From Octopus bimaculoides (Eukaryota), in NCBI RefSeq assembly GCF_001194135.2, contig NC_068982.1, positions 152,623,721 to 152,687,720 on the forward strand: a stretch of DNA of 64,000 nucleotides, read 5' to 3'. Each line of letters begins with the position of its first letter. Positions within the stretch are counted from its first letter, which is position 1. Position numbers and translations under genes: made by a program. The notes under the pieces were generated by a model. The model was not told where the DNA came from, ran no database searches, and saw only the letters and a list, made by a program, of their open reading frames with translations. Shown here one piece after another: positions 13,925 through 26,430 of this stretch.

Positions 13925-14943
13925 GTCTGTCTGTCTGTCTCTCTCTGTGTCTGTCTCTCTGTCTATAAATGTATGTGTATGTGTATGTGTAAGTGTATGT
14001 GTGTCTGTGTGTGTACTTGTTTATATTGGGAACTATTGAATTTTAAAAGAAGAAACGCGGGTAAGTATTTCTGGGCAATTTCTGTGGTAATAGCCGTTTT
14101 AGAGATATTCAGTTATTAGAACGGCTATTTTCACTAGCTTGCTGATAGTAATAAAATATCAAAGAGAATAAAGAGTTCTGCTGATGTCAAAATTCTACAA
14201 ATGGGCTTATGTAGCATACACTTGTGGCCTGATGAAAACAACCTGCTGGAATGTTTCAAGCACTTCTGTATCAAATATCCAATACATTACAAAGTGATCG
14301 CGGATTGGGAATTATAACGAGGCAATTACGTAACATTTCATGTGTATATTGCTAAAATGGCAACATTTAGAACAATATAATAAGAAGTAATATTATTCTT
14401 CTGGAAGACGCTCATTCAGTCGGCAGAATTAATCCTCCAGTTATGATGCATTCAGAGAATCATGTTCAATACTTAACTGCAAGCAATAAACTGGTGCAAC
14501 ACAAAAGATTGATCCTGTGCTGAAGCTGCCCTTCGCGAAGTTAGTAGAATGCTCTAATTCTCTAATCTTTGATACAAAGAAGAAAAAGAAACACAGTAAT
14601 TTACACTGGAAAAAATCTTGGTGAGGATGCTAGAAACCTTGGCATTGAAAATGATGCTGGTCTTCGAATTGAGAAAAATATACAAATGAAGAGTGCATCA
14701 AAAATTCTCATTTAGTAAATTGTATGAACGGGATAAAAGCTACTTCAGCATTTATGGCGGTGAACTAACTTGACTACACCTCAATGGCTTAACATAATAA
14801 TTGCTATCAACTCGAATAAGTGCAGGAATACGATATGGAACACGAAATGCATGCGCATATATATATGCGTGTATGTACGTATATGTGATTCTTTCTGCGT
14901 GTGCGTTTGTGTGAGAGCGTGAGTGTGTAGTGTGCGTATGTGT

Positions 14944-14984
<41 letters not shown>

Positions 14985-15477
14985 CGTGTGTGTGTGTGAG
15001 AGAGTGTTAGTGTGTGTATATAAATGAATGTCTGTTACAATTTTCGATCAAGAATTTTCCTTAATTGACCAACTGAACTACATTGACGTTAAATTGGCGT
15101 ACAAGCGACTGAGGTAGCTACATGTACCCTAAACATAATCCTGAAGTAGAGTTATTGTGACAACGGTGGATGTTTGATTTAGTGTTACAATCTCGCAGGT
15201 GAGCACCCACAGGGACTATGTCGACCCAAATACACACAGAGGCATATATATATATATATGCATGCAGGCTCACACATTTGTATATGTACATCCTTTGTGT
15301 GTGTGTGTGTGTNNNNNNNNNNNNNNNNNNNNNNNNNNNNNNNNNNNNNNNNNNNNNNNNNNNNNNNNNNNNNNNNNNNNNNNNNNNNNNNNNNNNNNNN
15401 NNNNNNNNNNNNNNNNNNNNNNNNNNNNNNNNNNNNNNNNNNNNNNNNNNNNNNNNNNNNNNNNNNNNNNNNNNNNN

Positions 15478-15511
<34 letters not shown>

Positions 15512-16244
15512 AGTGTATATATATATATATTAACGGCCGTAATGCAGTGATACCTGGATATCCTTGTCGCTTATTTGCTATATATATATATATATATATA
15601 TGCATGCAGGCTCACACATTTGTATATGTACATCCTTTGTGTGTGTGTGTGTGTGTATGTGTGTAACTATCATCAGCAACTGTGTACCTTCTTCATGCAT
15701 CTACTCCCTGATTACTCATAAACCCAAAATGCGTTCACATTGTGGCCATTAATAAATGAAACAACGTATATTTTATTAATTTATTACTTAATTTACAATA
15801 ATAAAGTGAACAAGTGAACAGCAGTTAGTGCGTGTTTTTACTGGCAGAATAAATCTCTCTAGATACAATTAGGCACCATATATGTTCTCTATGATAAGGC
15901 TAGTATTTGCTTCTATAAATATGAAACAATTTCATTCATAGCAGTTAAATCTTTTTACTATATTTTGTTTGTTTAAATCATTGGTAAACTCCTAACAAAT
16001 GTATAAGAAACCTGCGACTCATTCGGGCACCGATGCTAAACCCAGCCCCAAAACCACATAGGAAGATAATTTCTTAAACACACTAACATACCTCTATATT
16101 TAGTTGCATTATACTTTACTGTATGACACTTGTTTGTATACTTATCATTCTTTTCTGGTTCTGAACTTTTCCAGTCTGTACGTTTATACGAGATATTTTA
16201 CTATATTATAGACGTAATTTGAAATTGACTCACTACATACATAC

Positions 16245-16476
16245 AAATAAAATAAATGCGCCCTTTTAAAGCCTAGCCAGGCTCATGGGCCCGGTTTCCG
16301 GGTTTCAATGGCGAATGTGTTCCCCAGCGTTACTCATTTTTGTCAGCTGAGTGGACTGGAGCAACGTGAAATGAAGTGTTTTGCTCAAGAACACAACGCG
16401 TCGCCCGGTCCAGGAATCGAAACCATAATCTTATAATCATGATGCTGACACCCTAGCCACTAAGCCACACGCCTCC
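16245..16476 (-). mobile_element. tRNA-derived SINE (family C)
   Basis: Minus-strand head TGGAGGCGTGTGGCTTAGTGG...GGTTTCGATTCC, then GTTGTGTTCTTGAGCAAAACACTT; 10-bp TSD ACATACATAC at 16235-16244 and 16477-16486. Confidence 0.88.
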
Positions 16477-16499
16477 ACATACATACGTACATACATACA

Positions 16500-16530
<31 letters not shown>

Positions 16531-16809
16531 GTTAGTGTGTTTAAGCAATATATATATACACACTATAATGGAGAAAGCTGCTTATTAATTTAGTATGTAA
16601 CAATTACTAAAAGTACTAAAAGAGAGCAATTATTAAAGGGTTGACCGTCTGGAAATATTTTTATAATTACATGTTCTAAGAAATTTCCTATATTTATCAA
16701 GTTTGTTGAATTTTCTAAACTCCGATTTCTCGCAAATTTAAATATTCACGTGCGTGCATGCGTGCGTGTGTGCGCGCGCGCGCGCGTGTGTGCGTGTGTG
16801 TGTGCGGTG

Positions 16810-16861
16810 TTCACTGACAAAACTTCGTGCTGCAAGGCTTTTGTGAAGTTTTGTCAGTGAA
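16810..16861. repeat. Perfect 17-bp inverted repeat with 18-nt spacer
   Basis: TTCACTGACAAAACTTC (16810-26) and GAAGTTTTGTCAGTGAA (16845-61). Confidence 0.9.
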
Positions 16862-17765
16862 TAGGTTGCGGTTTGAAAGCGACGAAAATATTTTGACACG
16901 AATGAAACTTTAACGATGAAGTGAAACTAACGGTATTTGTGTGTTCTTGAATGGTTTACGAACATCTTCCACGTTGCAATTGTTTTTGTTTCACCACACG
17001 ATCTCAGATCAAGTCACTTGCTATGCAAGTACATCTCCGTAATTTTTAAAAATCACTGTGGATAAATGAACTTCTCAGGTCCTCCAGTATTTTATTTTCT
17101 AAACAGAAACAATCGGGGCAGAGAGTAGGTTGCAAAAAATTCATAATTTCTCAGATTTTCTTTTTTATAGCATATAAATGTATTTATGGGGGGAAATATT
17201 GAAAAAAACATTAATACATGCAAGAATGATAAAGAAACGAGGAGGGTTGTCTTTGGACGTGCTAGAAACAACAGCCAAATCGCTCTTAAATCACTTTTCC
17301 CTCTGAAAATATTAATAATTAAAAGAAAATCTTTTTACCGAAAATGCTCTTCCCATGGTATTGAAGTGCAAAAGAAATTGACCCAAAAATTTGGTCGGNN
17401 NNNNNNNNTAAAAGATACCCATCATCCTGAAAGTTATGAGGGAAAAAAGTTAGATCGTGTGAATTTTCTGAAACTCTTCTCTTTACCCCATCGCAAAAAG
17501 GCTTTCCCATAAATCCCTATATACTCTGAAGCCAAAACATCTAAGCGGTATTTGCGGCAAATTTTGTTAAAAAGTATCCATTTTTCTGGATGTTATGAGG
17601 CAACAAAGTTGGGAGCGTATGCTTCTGCAGTAATACCTTTTCATTTATACCATTTTTTCATTTCGTGTTTATTTCATTCATTGTTTGCAATGTTCTCTCT
17701 CTCTCTCTGTCTCTCTCTCTCTGTCTCTCTCTCTCTGTCTCTCTCTCTCTGTCTCTCTCTCTCTG

Positions 17766-17814
<49 letters not shown>

Positions 17815-18119
17815 TACACACACATACTGCAAAGCTTACAGATGGATTGCCGAACTGAAGTCTCTATGTTGCTTTGAGGGGAAGGTAAAACTTGACAACC
17901 TGCTTCTCCCTCTGTTGTTGGACAACCGTGATGTTTGTTTACGAAAGAGAGATTATGACTGTGATAAAATAATGAAAGCAATATTTACTAAGCATGTAAG
18001 CACTATTATACAAAGAAATGATTAGACATAAAATATAAAAATTATTAGAAATGAGAATCAAATGTGAATAAATTATCAAGGGGCTAGGAGAAAACCACCC
18101 GGGGCAGTCTTTTTGCTAG

Positions 18120-18169
<50 letters not shown>

Positions 18170-19077
18170 CATATATATATGTATATATATGTATTTGAAA
18201 TAGCATATTCGAATTTGAAATATGAAACCTCAGTCTTAATATGGACTGAATTTACCATAAATGATTAAACTTATGAATGTCTAATTTCAGTGTCGAATGA
18301 CTTAGACTAGAATGCTAAAGTAACCAACTATGGGTTTGAGAAATAAAAGAACATGTGTAAAGAAAAAACGTTGTTTGAATATAATAACTAAATCGAACCA
18401 GTAAATCACTTTTCTTAACCCACAATATTTAATTCATGTTAAATTTATAATCACTTTGTGGTGGCGTTGGTAATTACTTTGCTGGCATATGTGGTGACTC
18501 TCCTAAGAGACATTTAAGGTGTTAAGTGTATCTTTATTGGAGATTTTCCCCACTTAAAAACACTATTCATCAAAGTAATACCCATTCCCAGGAGGTAGCT
18601 ACAAGTTGTACATAAAACGCACCTACTACATGCAGCTATAAACTTTTAGTGGTACATTGTATTGACTTGGTCCCAATATAAACCACCAGAAAATAACGAG
18701 TTATCTATATTTGCTATACTGAAAGACAGCCATGAACTCTGTTCTGCATTTCGGAATTTTGACGGTGTTATGCCCGTGTAGACGACTACACATTGACTAT
18801 AAGACGCTATGAATTCATAAACCCATATTATGCACGTTCACATAACGCATAATTTCCACTCGTTAGTTATGCGTGAAAAAATGCACATATTTATTTGTTC
18901 ACTGTTTGAAAACGTTCCAGAGAAACTTAAACTGTTAACATAAGCATGATCAATGTAAAAGCCTACATTGGGAGGTTCCCGTTCCTATTCTGTATTTCAT
19001 CCTATTTCGTTTTAATAGTATTAGAGAATTTGCCTGCGATAATATAAGTGTATTTTCTTCTATTCATGATTAGTAAC

Positions 19078-19126
<49 letters not shown>

Positions 19127-19128
<2 letters not shown>

Positions 19129-21183
19129 GAGGCACACCTCACCCTGCACCGTTAATTGGTTCCAGGAGACACGACTTAAGTCAAAAAACGACTTTAGTCG
19201 AATTAAATTGCCTCTAGGCTAAACCAACAATAACCATTCCCAATTCTGTACTTTATTTATGAATGCATTTTCAATAATACATGGTTAATAAAAACCTATT
19301 TTAAGCTTACAAACATATAATTTTTTATTTTTTAATACAGTACAGTAAAAAAAAGTAATTAAATTTACGAATACAATTTGGCGGTGTTTACCGCACAGCG
19401 AGGACACTTTATTTATGAATGCGGCTTGCAATAAGACATAATAAAATAAAAGCCCTTTTAAAGATTAAAAAACAAATTCAGTAATTATTATTATTTTGCA
19501 ATAGTAAAAAAGCGAAATTATTTTAAATTTACCAATACGTACATACAATTTCGTGGTTTACATCGCAGATGTAAATGGCTGTGGATCGTCAACATCAACA
19601 GCTGACTCTGGCTGTTCTTGTTATTCGATGCACTTAAAAAAACGGTTGAGAGTTCTTTGAATTGTCTTCTTCTTTTTCTCGGGAATTACATTATAAGGAG
19701 CAAAAGCTTCGTGACAAACCCCCCATAATCTTGGAAAAACGAGCATTTGGATCCATATCCTCGAACATAGAAAGACCTTTTTTCGATAAATGCAAATGCT
19801 TGCTGCATTTTCTTAATGGTAAAATTACGTGGCTCGGATTCGACTTCCTTTTCTTCTTTATTTTGCTGCTCGTGAAGCTCTATCAAATCCTCGTTCTTCA
19901 GGGGCTGCTTGTCTTTTTCAAATAAATCTGTGAAATCATCCTCCATTTCCAGCTCTTTGCTCGTAGTCACTAAAGTTTTGTTGATGGCAACATTATCAAA
20001 CCCCTTAATTGCGTGCATAGCTTTTTCCGTACATTATTTTTAGCCGTGCTCTGTACATCATTCCATGCCGCTGCTATGTTCTGTACAGCCTTGCAGATAC
20101 CGTATCTCTTCCAAAACTCACGAAGTTTGATGGACTCATCAAGATCAGTTGCAGCTATTGCTTGCCGCAGCGTACGCTTTATATAGTAACTCTTGAAGAT
20201 AGCAATTATTCCCTGATCCATTGGCTGCAGAAGAGACGTGGTGTTCGGAGGGAGGCGTACGACAGTAACGTTGGGGCCAAATTCTATGATGTTTTGCGGG
20301 TAGCCAGGAGTATTATCTAAGATAAGTAAAACCTTAAAAGGAATCCCCTTCTCCTTGCAGTACTTCTCTGCTTTGAGCTCTGCATCTTTCTCATTGGATA
20401 TTTTTTCTTCAGATCCTCCAAAACAACGCTTTCTCTTGAATGATTTTTCAACTAACAGTAGCACGCTGACAATACAACCTAACAATCCAATAGAAAGAAA
20501 ACTTTCCATTCCTTCAAAGATTTTGCCTCTTTTCTTATTAATGAAAGTGTTATTTATCTCTGGGGTTTCAGATTTGATATGTGCTAAAATATTGTCCTTG
20601 TTTTGTACAATGGTCGATACAGTTGTCCGACTCATCCCAAAAGATCGTGCAATTGCTACCACTTTTCCACCTTTTTCATGGCGTTCTATCATAGCCAGTT
20701 TATCTTCCAGCGTTATAGCAAGGTGATTAGCAGTTTCACTATGAATTTTCTTAGGAGCCATGGTGGTAAAAAATAATGTCACAAATGAATGAGAATGAGG
20801 AAGTAGCCAATAAACAGACGTAAACAAATCTGTATTCAAAACAATCGCAGGAATCACGAGTGACAACAACGTCTAATAGTAGTTAGTGGAACAACAGTGT
20901 AATATGAGCTCCGAAAGATCGATAAATAAGACAACACAGCTGATTTCATGATTTCGTTTACTAAGCCACACTGCTTTATGGTGCGTATCTTAACATTTAC
21001 TGTACGTATTTTGATATGATTTTATGATTTTATTCTTATGTATTGTACAGATTTTATGTGCTCTTAACGGTTTTCTAGTGATTTTACGATTCCAATATTT
21101 GTGGCGGTCAGACGTAAAGTCATGTAAAATGACTTAACTTGATTTTTATTTTTCCATATATTATTTTTGAAAATCGACGTATA
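19127..21183 (-). mobile_element. Tigger/pogo-family DNA transposon, internally deleted; the other end probably lies in the gap at 21184
   Basis: Transposase relic inside; TIR-like CAGAGGCACACCTC...CGTTAATTGGTTCC next to a (TA)n tract. The second TIR is not seen. Confidence 0.85.
19686..20761 (-). pseudogene. Tigger/pogo transposase pseudogene (CENP-B-type HTH plus C-terminal DDE_1 part)
   Basis: AITLEDKLAMIERHEKGGKVVAIARSFGMSRTTVSTIVQNK (HTH); KVLLILDNTPGYP and LPPNTTSLLQPMDQGIIAIFKSYY (DDE_1); acidic Tigger-like tail in a second frame. The second HTH is frameshifted and the middle is deleted. Confidence 0.9.
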
Positions 21184-21335
21184 NNNNNNNNNNNNNNNNN
21201 NNNNNNNNNNNNNNNNNNNNNNNNNNNNNNNNNNNNNNNNNNNNNNNNNNNNNNNNNNNNNNNNNNNNNNNNNNNNNNNNNNNNNNNNNNNNNNNNNNNN
21301 NNNNNNNNNNNNNNNNNNNNNNNNNNNNNNNNNNN

Positions 21336-21388
<53 letters not shown>

Positions 21389-22872
21389 TGTACATATATA
21401 TGTGAGTATATGTATATGTGTCCGAGAGCTTGTGTACATGCATGTGTATGCATGTGTGTGTTTGCGAGTATATTTTTCTGCATATATGTATGAATGAACA
21501 ACGGGTTTTTGAAATTGTTTACCCGTGTATCCTTTCTAGGACTTAAATGCTCCATCTTCCATGTCTATGTAACATCTAGATTATGCTGGTAAACAATTTT
21601 CAGTTACTAATATTAATATTAAATTAGCAAGTATGAAGTTATTTCCAATTCTATACAACAAAATTCCGGGGACGTGATACAGAGTAACCACATCTGTACT
21701 GTGGCGCTGAGAATTGTGTTACAAATACAGCCTAGTTTGACGATATTAATAAATAATGAATCTAGAAATAAATAAAATGTATACAGATAATGTTCTCATA
21801 TATCAATTAAGTTTGTTAGATTGAAGCTATTCGACTTAGTTCCAAATTTCACCTCAATATAGCTACGGTATTTATATTCTAGCTTTCCGTTTAAATTATA
21901 TTTTAACACACTAAATCATATCCATAATTATTAATGGTAGTTCAGTTAGGTGTGATTACTTTTTTTTTAGTCTGAAACAATATATACTTTTAAAAGTTAT
22001 AGTTATAATGGTAATATGAGTGGCTTTGTTGCAAGTTAAAGTTTATCGAAAGAAACTACTGATTTGTATTGTACTAGGTGCATTAAAACAAATACCATTA
22101 GGTATATTAAAATGCGATTAGGTAGTGTACTAAGCAAAAACGCGTGTCTGTATTTGGTGTCAGGTGCTGCAATGTATAAACTATAAAGGAACCAAAGTAA
22201 TGAGTTTGAAATATTAAATGATTAATGCAGAAAATAAATATAATTCTTGAAAGCGTCCTATGGAGAATAACTGTATCTACTTTAAGATTAAATACTGAAC
22301 ATAGAAAACTATTCAAAACATTAACTAAGATCTATACAAAGAAAATAGCTCTATTTAATTTTCTCTATCTCCACGTCTATATACTCTTTAGGCTGTCTTC
22401 ATGTGTTTCATATAATGTTCTCTCTCTCTTTGCATCTTTATAAAGAAAATGAATCGTCCTACAATTACCTACAATGAGTAGGTAGTTCAATTTCAATCAG
22501 TTGATCTACTTACTCATTGTATACGTTTTTAAATGGCTGAGTATTCCATAATCACGTACATCATCGACGTAATCTTTAGACAAAATCGGTGTGATACAGA
22601 GTGTGATAAAGCTGGTATTTTGTATTACAAGTACAGTCCTAGAGTTTCCGTTTTGTCAATTGTCAGTTTCAGTCAAAAGTCTTGGAGTGATCTGATGCTA
22701 TAATAGAAGACGTTTACCCAAAATGTCATAGAGCGAAATCAGAAAAGGCCCCTTGATTGCTAAGCGATTTACTTCTAACTCACCTATACCCAAGTCTCTG
22801 TATACTGTGCATGGAGTGAAGTCTATGTATATCATTGTTATATGTATATATTACTATATACATACATACATG

Positions 22873-22979
<107 letters not shown>

Positions 22980-23022
22980 GTACATATATATATGTATATA
23001 TATATAAATATAAATATATATA

Positions 23023-24327
23023 CATTAGGTTGTCAAGAAAGTTCTTGCGGAATTTTAAATTTTGGTTGTAAATGATGTATTTTCAAATTAATTTTCATTA
23101 AATTACCTTCACTTTATATATTTTAAAACCCGTTTTTCGCTCTATCTAATCGTGTTACTCTTTTTCTTTTGAAATAATTAGGCCATTTTTTTCAAGAACG
23201 TTGAATACAACATGGACAAAAAGCAAATTCGCACAATTTTCTTATTCCAGTTCAAGCTAGTCCGAAAAACTGCTGAAAACAACTCGCGATATCAACAATG
23301 CGTTTGGCCGAAGAACCACTAATGAACGTACAGCACAATGGTGGTTCAAGAAATTTCGTAGCGGTGACGAGAGTCCTGAAGATGATGAGCGTAGTGGTCG
23401 GCCATCGGATGTTGACAACGATCAACTAAGAGCCTTAGTCGAAGCCAATCCACGCACAACTGTTCGAGAGCTTGCTTCTGAATTAGACGTAACGTATACG
23501 ACAATTTCCAAGCACTTGCAANNNNNNNNNNNNNNNNNNNNNNNNNNNNNNNNNNNNNNNNNNNNNNNNNNNNNNNNNNNNNNNNNNNNNNNNNNNNNNN
23601 NNNNNNNNNNNNNNNNNNNNNNNNNNAAAGAAAAACACCGTTTTGAAGTGTCGACTTTCCCTTTACGCAACAAAAACGAACCGTTTCTCGACCGGATTGT
23701 GACTTGCGATGAAAAGTGGATTCTTTACGACAACCGGCGACGCTCAGCTCAATGGTTGGATGCCGACGAAGCTCCACGGCACTTCCCGAAGCCAAAGTTA
23801 CACCAAAAGAAGGTCACGGTGACTGTTTGGTGGTTTGCAACCGGTCTCATCCATCACACCTTTCTGGATTCAGGCGAAACCATTACGGCGAAGTACTGCC
23901 AGAAAATGGATGAAATGCATTAGAAACTCCAACAACAACAGCCAGCATTGGTCAATAGAAAAGGACCAATTCTTCTCCACGACAACGCTCGGCCGCACGG
24001 TCACACAACTGACTCTGTAGAAGCTGAAGGAATTGGGCTACGAAACTATTCCTCACCCGTCATACTCACCAGACCTCTCACCTACCGGCAACCAGTTTTT
24101 CAAGCATCTCGACAACTTCCTGCGTGTGAAATGCTTCAAAAACTAAGACGATGCCAAACATGCCTCAATGACTTCATCGCCACCAGAACGCAGGATTTTT
24201 ACGCGTTGACAAAAGTGTGTTTATTCTGACGGTGTTTATTTCGATTTATAAAGTTTTGTTTGAGTCGAGATATGTGCATCTGAATTTAAAGGTTAAAGAT
24301 CGCAAGAACTTTCCTGACAACCTAATG
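23023..24327 (+). mobile_element. Full-length defective mariner (D,D34D, Hsmar1/SETMAR-like)
   Basis: TIRs CATTAGGTTGTCAAGAAAGTTCTTGCG and CGCAAGAACTTTCCTGACAACCTAATG, TA on both flanks, about 1.3 kb including a 105-N gap. Confidence 0.95.
23212..24230 (+). pseudogene. Mariner transposase pseudogene
   Basis: MDKKQIRTIF start; WFKKFRSGD..ERSGRP; [13 protein letters not shown]; LLHDNARPH; YSPDLSPT with the third Asp changed to Gly; several frameshifts and a stop. Confidence 0.93.
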
Positions 24328-25049
24328 TATATATATATCAAAAACAGGGTTTTGGAAAATTTTTGGCAGTGTTTACTCACTATTGTATGTTTCATTCGTT
24401 AATAGGAGTTACAAATTCACACATGCAGTAGAAAGAAGACGTGCTTTAAGATTTTAATTTCATCTATACACACACATATATATGTAAATATCTTTATATA
24501 AATGCATATGTGTGTATGGCGTGCTCTCTCATCATAACTATATATACATTATCATCATCTTTATCCTAAATGCCTATATACATTGTGCTCTGTCTGCATA
24601 TATGTATGATACTGCTCTCTTTCAGTATATCTATGTATATTGTTCTCTGTCTTCACTTCTTTATGTCTACTGTATTGTGTACAGATATTTGCATACGCGT
24701 GAGTATATATATATATATATACTGTTCCATATTTATAGCTACGTACACATTATGCTGTGACTTAAAATAAGTTGCATTATAAATAATCCACAAATAATCT
24801 TCATCCAGTTAACCGTCAGGAGTATAATAAACCGCTTCGAGGACTTCACTTAATGCCTCATGTCTGACTGGCTGTAAACAATGTCTAGATGTACATTATA
24901 AACCAACAATTTCGAAGCTGTATTTTCTTTGTATCTCAACAAAAAATACAAATTTATTTTTTAAATCTCATTTCATTTCTGTAATTAGACAATGGAATCC
25001 ATGCACCGTAAGAATGTATGTCTAATAGGTTTGCTGTATAGGTCAGATG

Positions 25050-25185
25050 ATCGCTTCGCAACTATGCGGGTTTAGATTCAAAAGCACTGCACAACAACTT
25101 GGACAAGTGTTTTCTGCCATGACTTCTGATCGACCGAAGCAAGCGTTGTAAATTAAATTTAATTGATAGAAATTTGATAAACAGT
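25050..25185 (+). mobile_element. Highly decayed family B SINE 5' fragment
   Basis: CAACTTGGACAAGTGTTTTCTGCCATGACTTCTGATCGACCGAAGC resembles the family B core. Confidence 0.5.
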
Positions 25186-25299
25186 GCGTCTTCTCTTGTT
25201 CCTGAATGGCGTATTTAAGCTATAGGTTAACACTGCCACCTAATATCAATTGCATTTATCAGAGTTATTTCACTTATATTCCGTGACATGCCCTAAATA

Positions 25300-26430
25300 A
25301 TCTTGGAGATACGAAGAAAGCTTAAAGGTGTTACTTTTCTCCATTTAAATAATAAGCTAGCATGAGGCTAAATGAGGCCCAACTAACAAAGACGACCTTA
25401 ACTGTTAGTTGGATAGACTACAAGAAATCTTATGATATTGTTCTATACTGTTGACTATTGGAGTATCTGAGAACGCGCGGGATCAATGAAAAAGACTTGA
25501 GATCGTGGAAAGTAGAAATAACATGCACAAATGGATCGTTAGGAAACGAGAAAATACGTAGGGGATATTTCAGGGAAACTTGTCTTCATTATGTTTTGTC
25601 ATTACGTATATTCATAGGCCTGCCTATGATTTGCCAAAACTAAGGCGAAAATTAATCATAGAAAAATGAAAAAAAATCTGAATATATAAAACAGTCAGAA
25701 TAGTTAGATAAAGTGATAAAGTTTGGGATAAATAAGTATGCAATATTAATTATGGAGAGAAGCCAAAAGGTCAATTCTAGTGGTATACATTTACAACAAG
25801 AGGATATCATAAGCTTACTGAGAAATAATGAGAGATACATGTACCTTGTAATGCTGAAGGACGAGAGGATAAGGTGGAAGGAGAAATGAGAGAAAATCTC
25901 CAAAGAATATAACGGAACAGTTAGGAAAGTGCTCGAAACAAAATTAAATGTTGGAAATATTATCAAAGCAATGAATACATGATCGGTACCACTATTAAGA
26001 CACTCAGTATCTTCTCTAAAACAGAGTGGCAGGAATTAGATAGAACTGGAAAACTGCTTCCAATGCACAGCGCGCCCCATTTTGAAAGTAATATCGAGAA
26101 GTTCTTCGGACCAAGAAAGGAATGAGGCAGACATTTTTTAAACGCAGAAGACATAATAGGTACTACGATATTGGGTTTCAAAAAACTATGTTTTTACGTA
26201 GCGAAGAAAGGATACTATCGGCGGCTAGAAATATTCAAAGCGTTACTGAAGAAGTAGGATAATTCAAGAACAAAAGGAAGAACAGGACAAACAACTGGAA
26301 ATAGAAGGAATTGCATGAACAATTCATGCTACATCTCGGATGCTGGAAGTAAATACTATTTATTGTGGCTGAGGTGTGGGAACCTGGATCAAGAAACCGA
26401 ATAGCTAGTTATTATGCAGATATTTACAGC
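25300..26430 (+). pseudogene. Decayed reverse transcriptase of an R4/Dong-like (RLE-clade) non-LTR retrotransposon
   Basis: Broken-frame motifs LTVSWIDYKKSYD (near 25410), GIFQGN (25562), KFGINKYA, KVLETKLNVGNIIKAMNT, MHSAPH..PRKE*GR, NLDQETE, in the order expected for this clade. Confidence 0.8.

Noticed and set aside
14150-14715. Coding-like stretch (GKNLGEDARNLGIENDAGLRIEK)
   Set aside because: Many stops and no motif I can assign; possibly a decayed transposon.
15246-15656. About 65-bp sequence duplicated on either side of a gap
   Set aside because: Duplication across an N gap between microsatellites is most simply a scaffolding or haplotype artefact.
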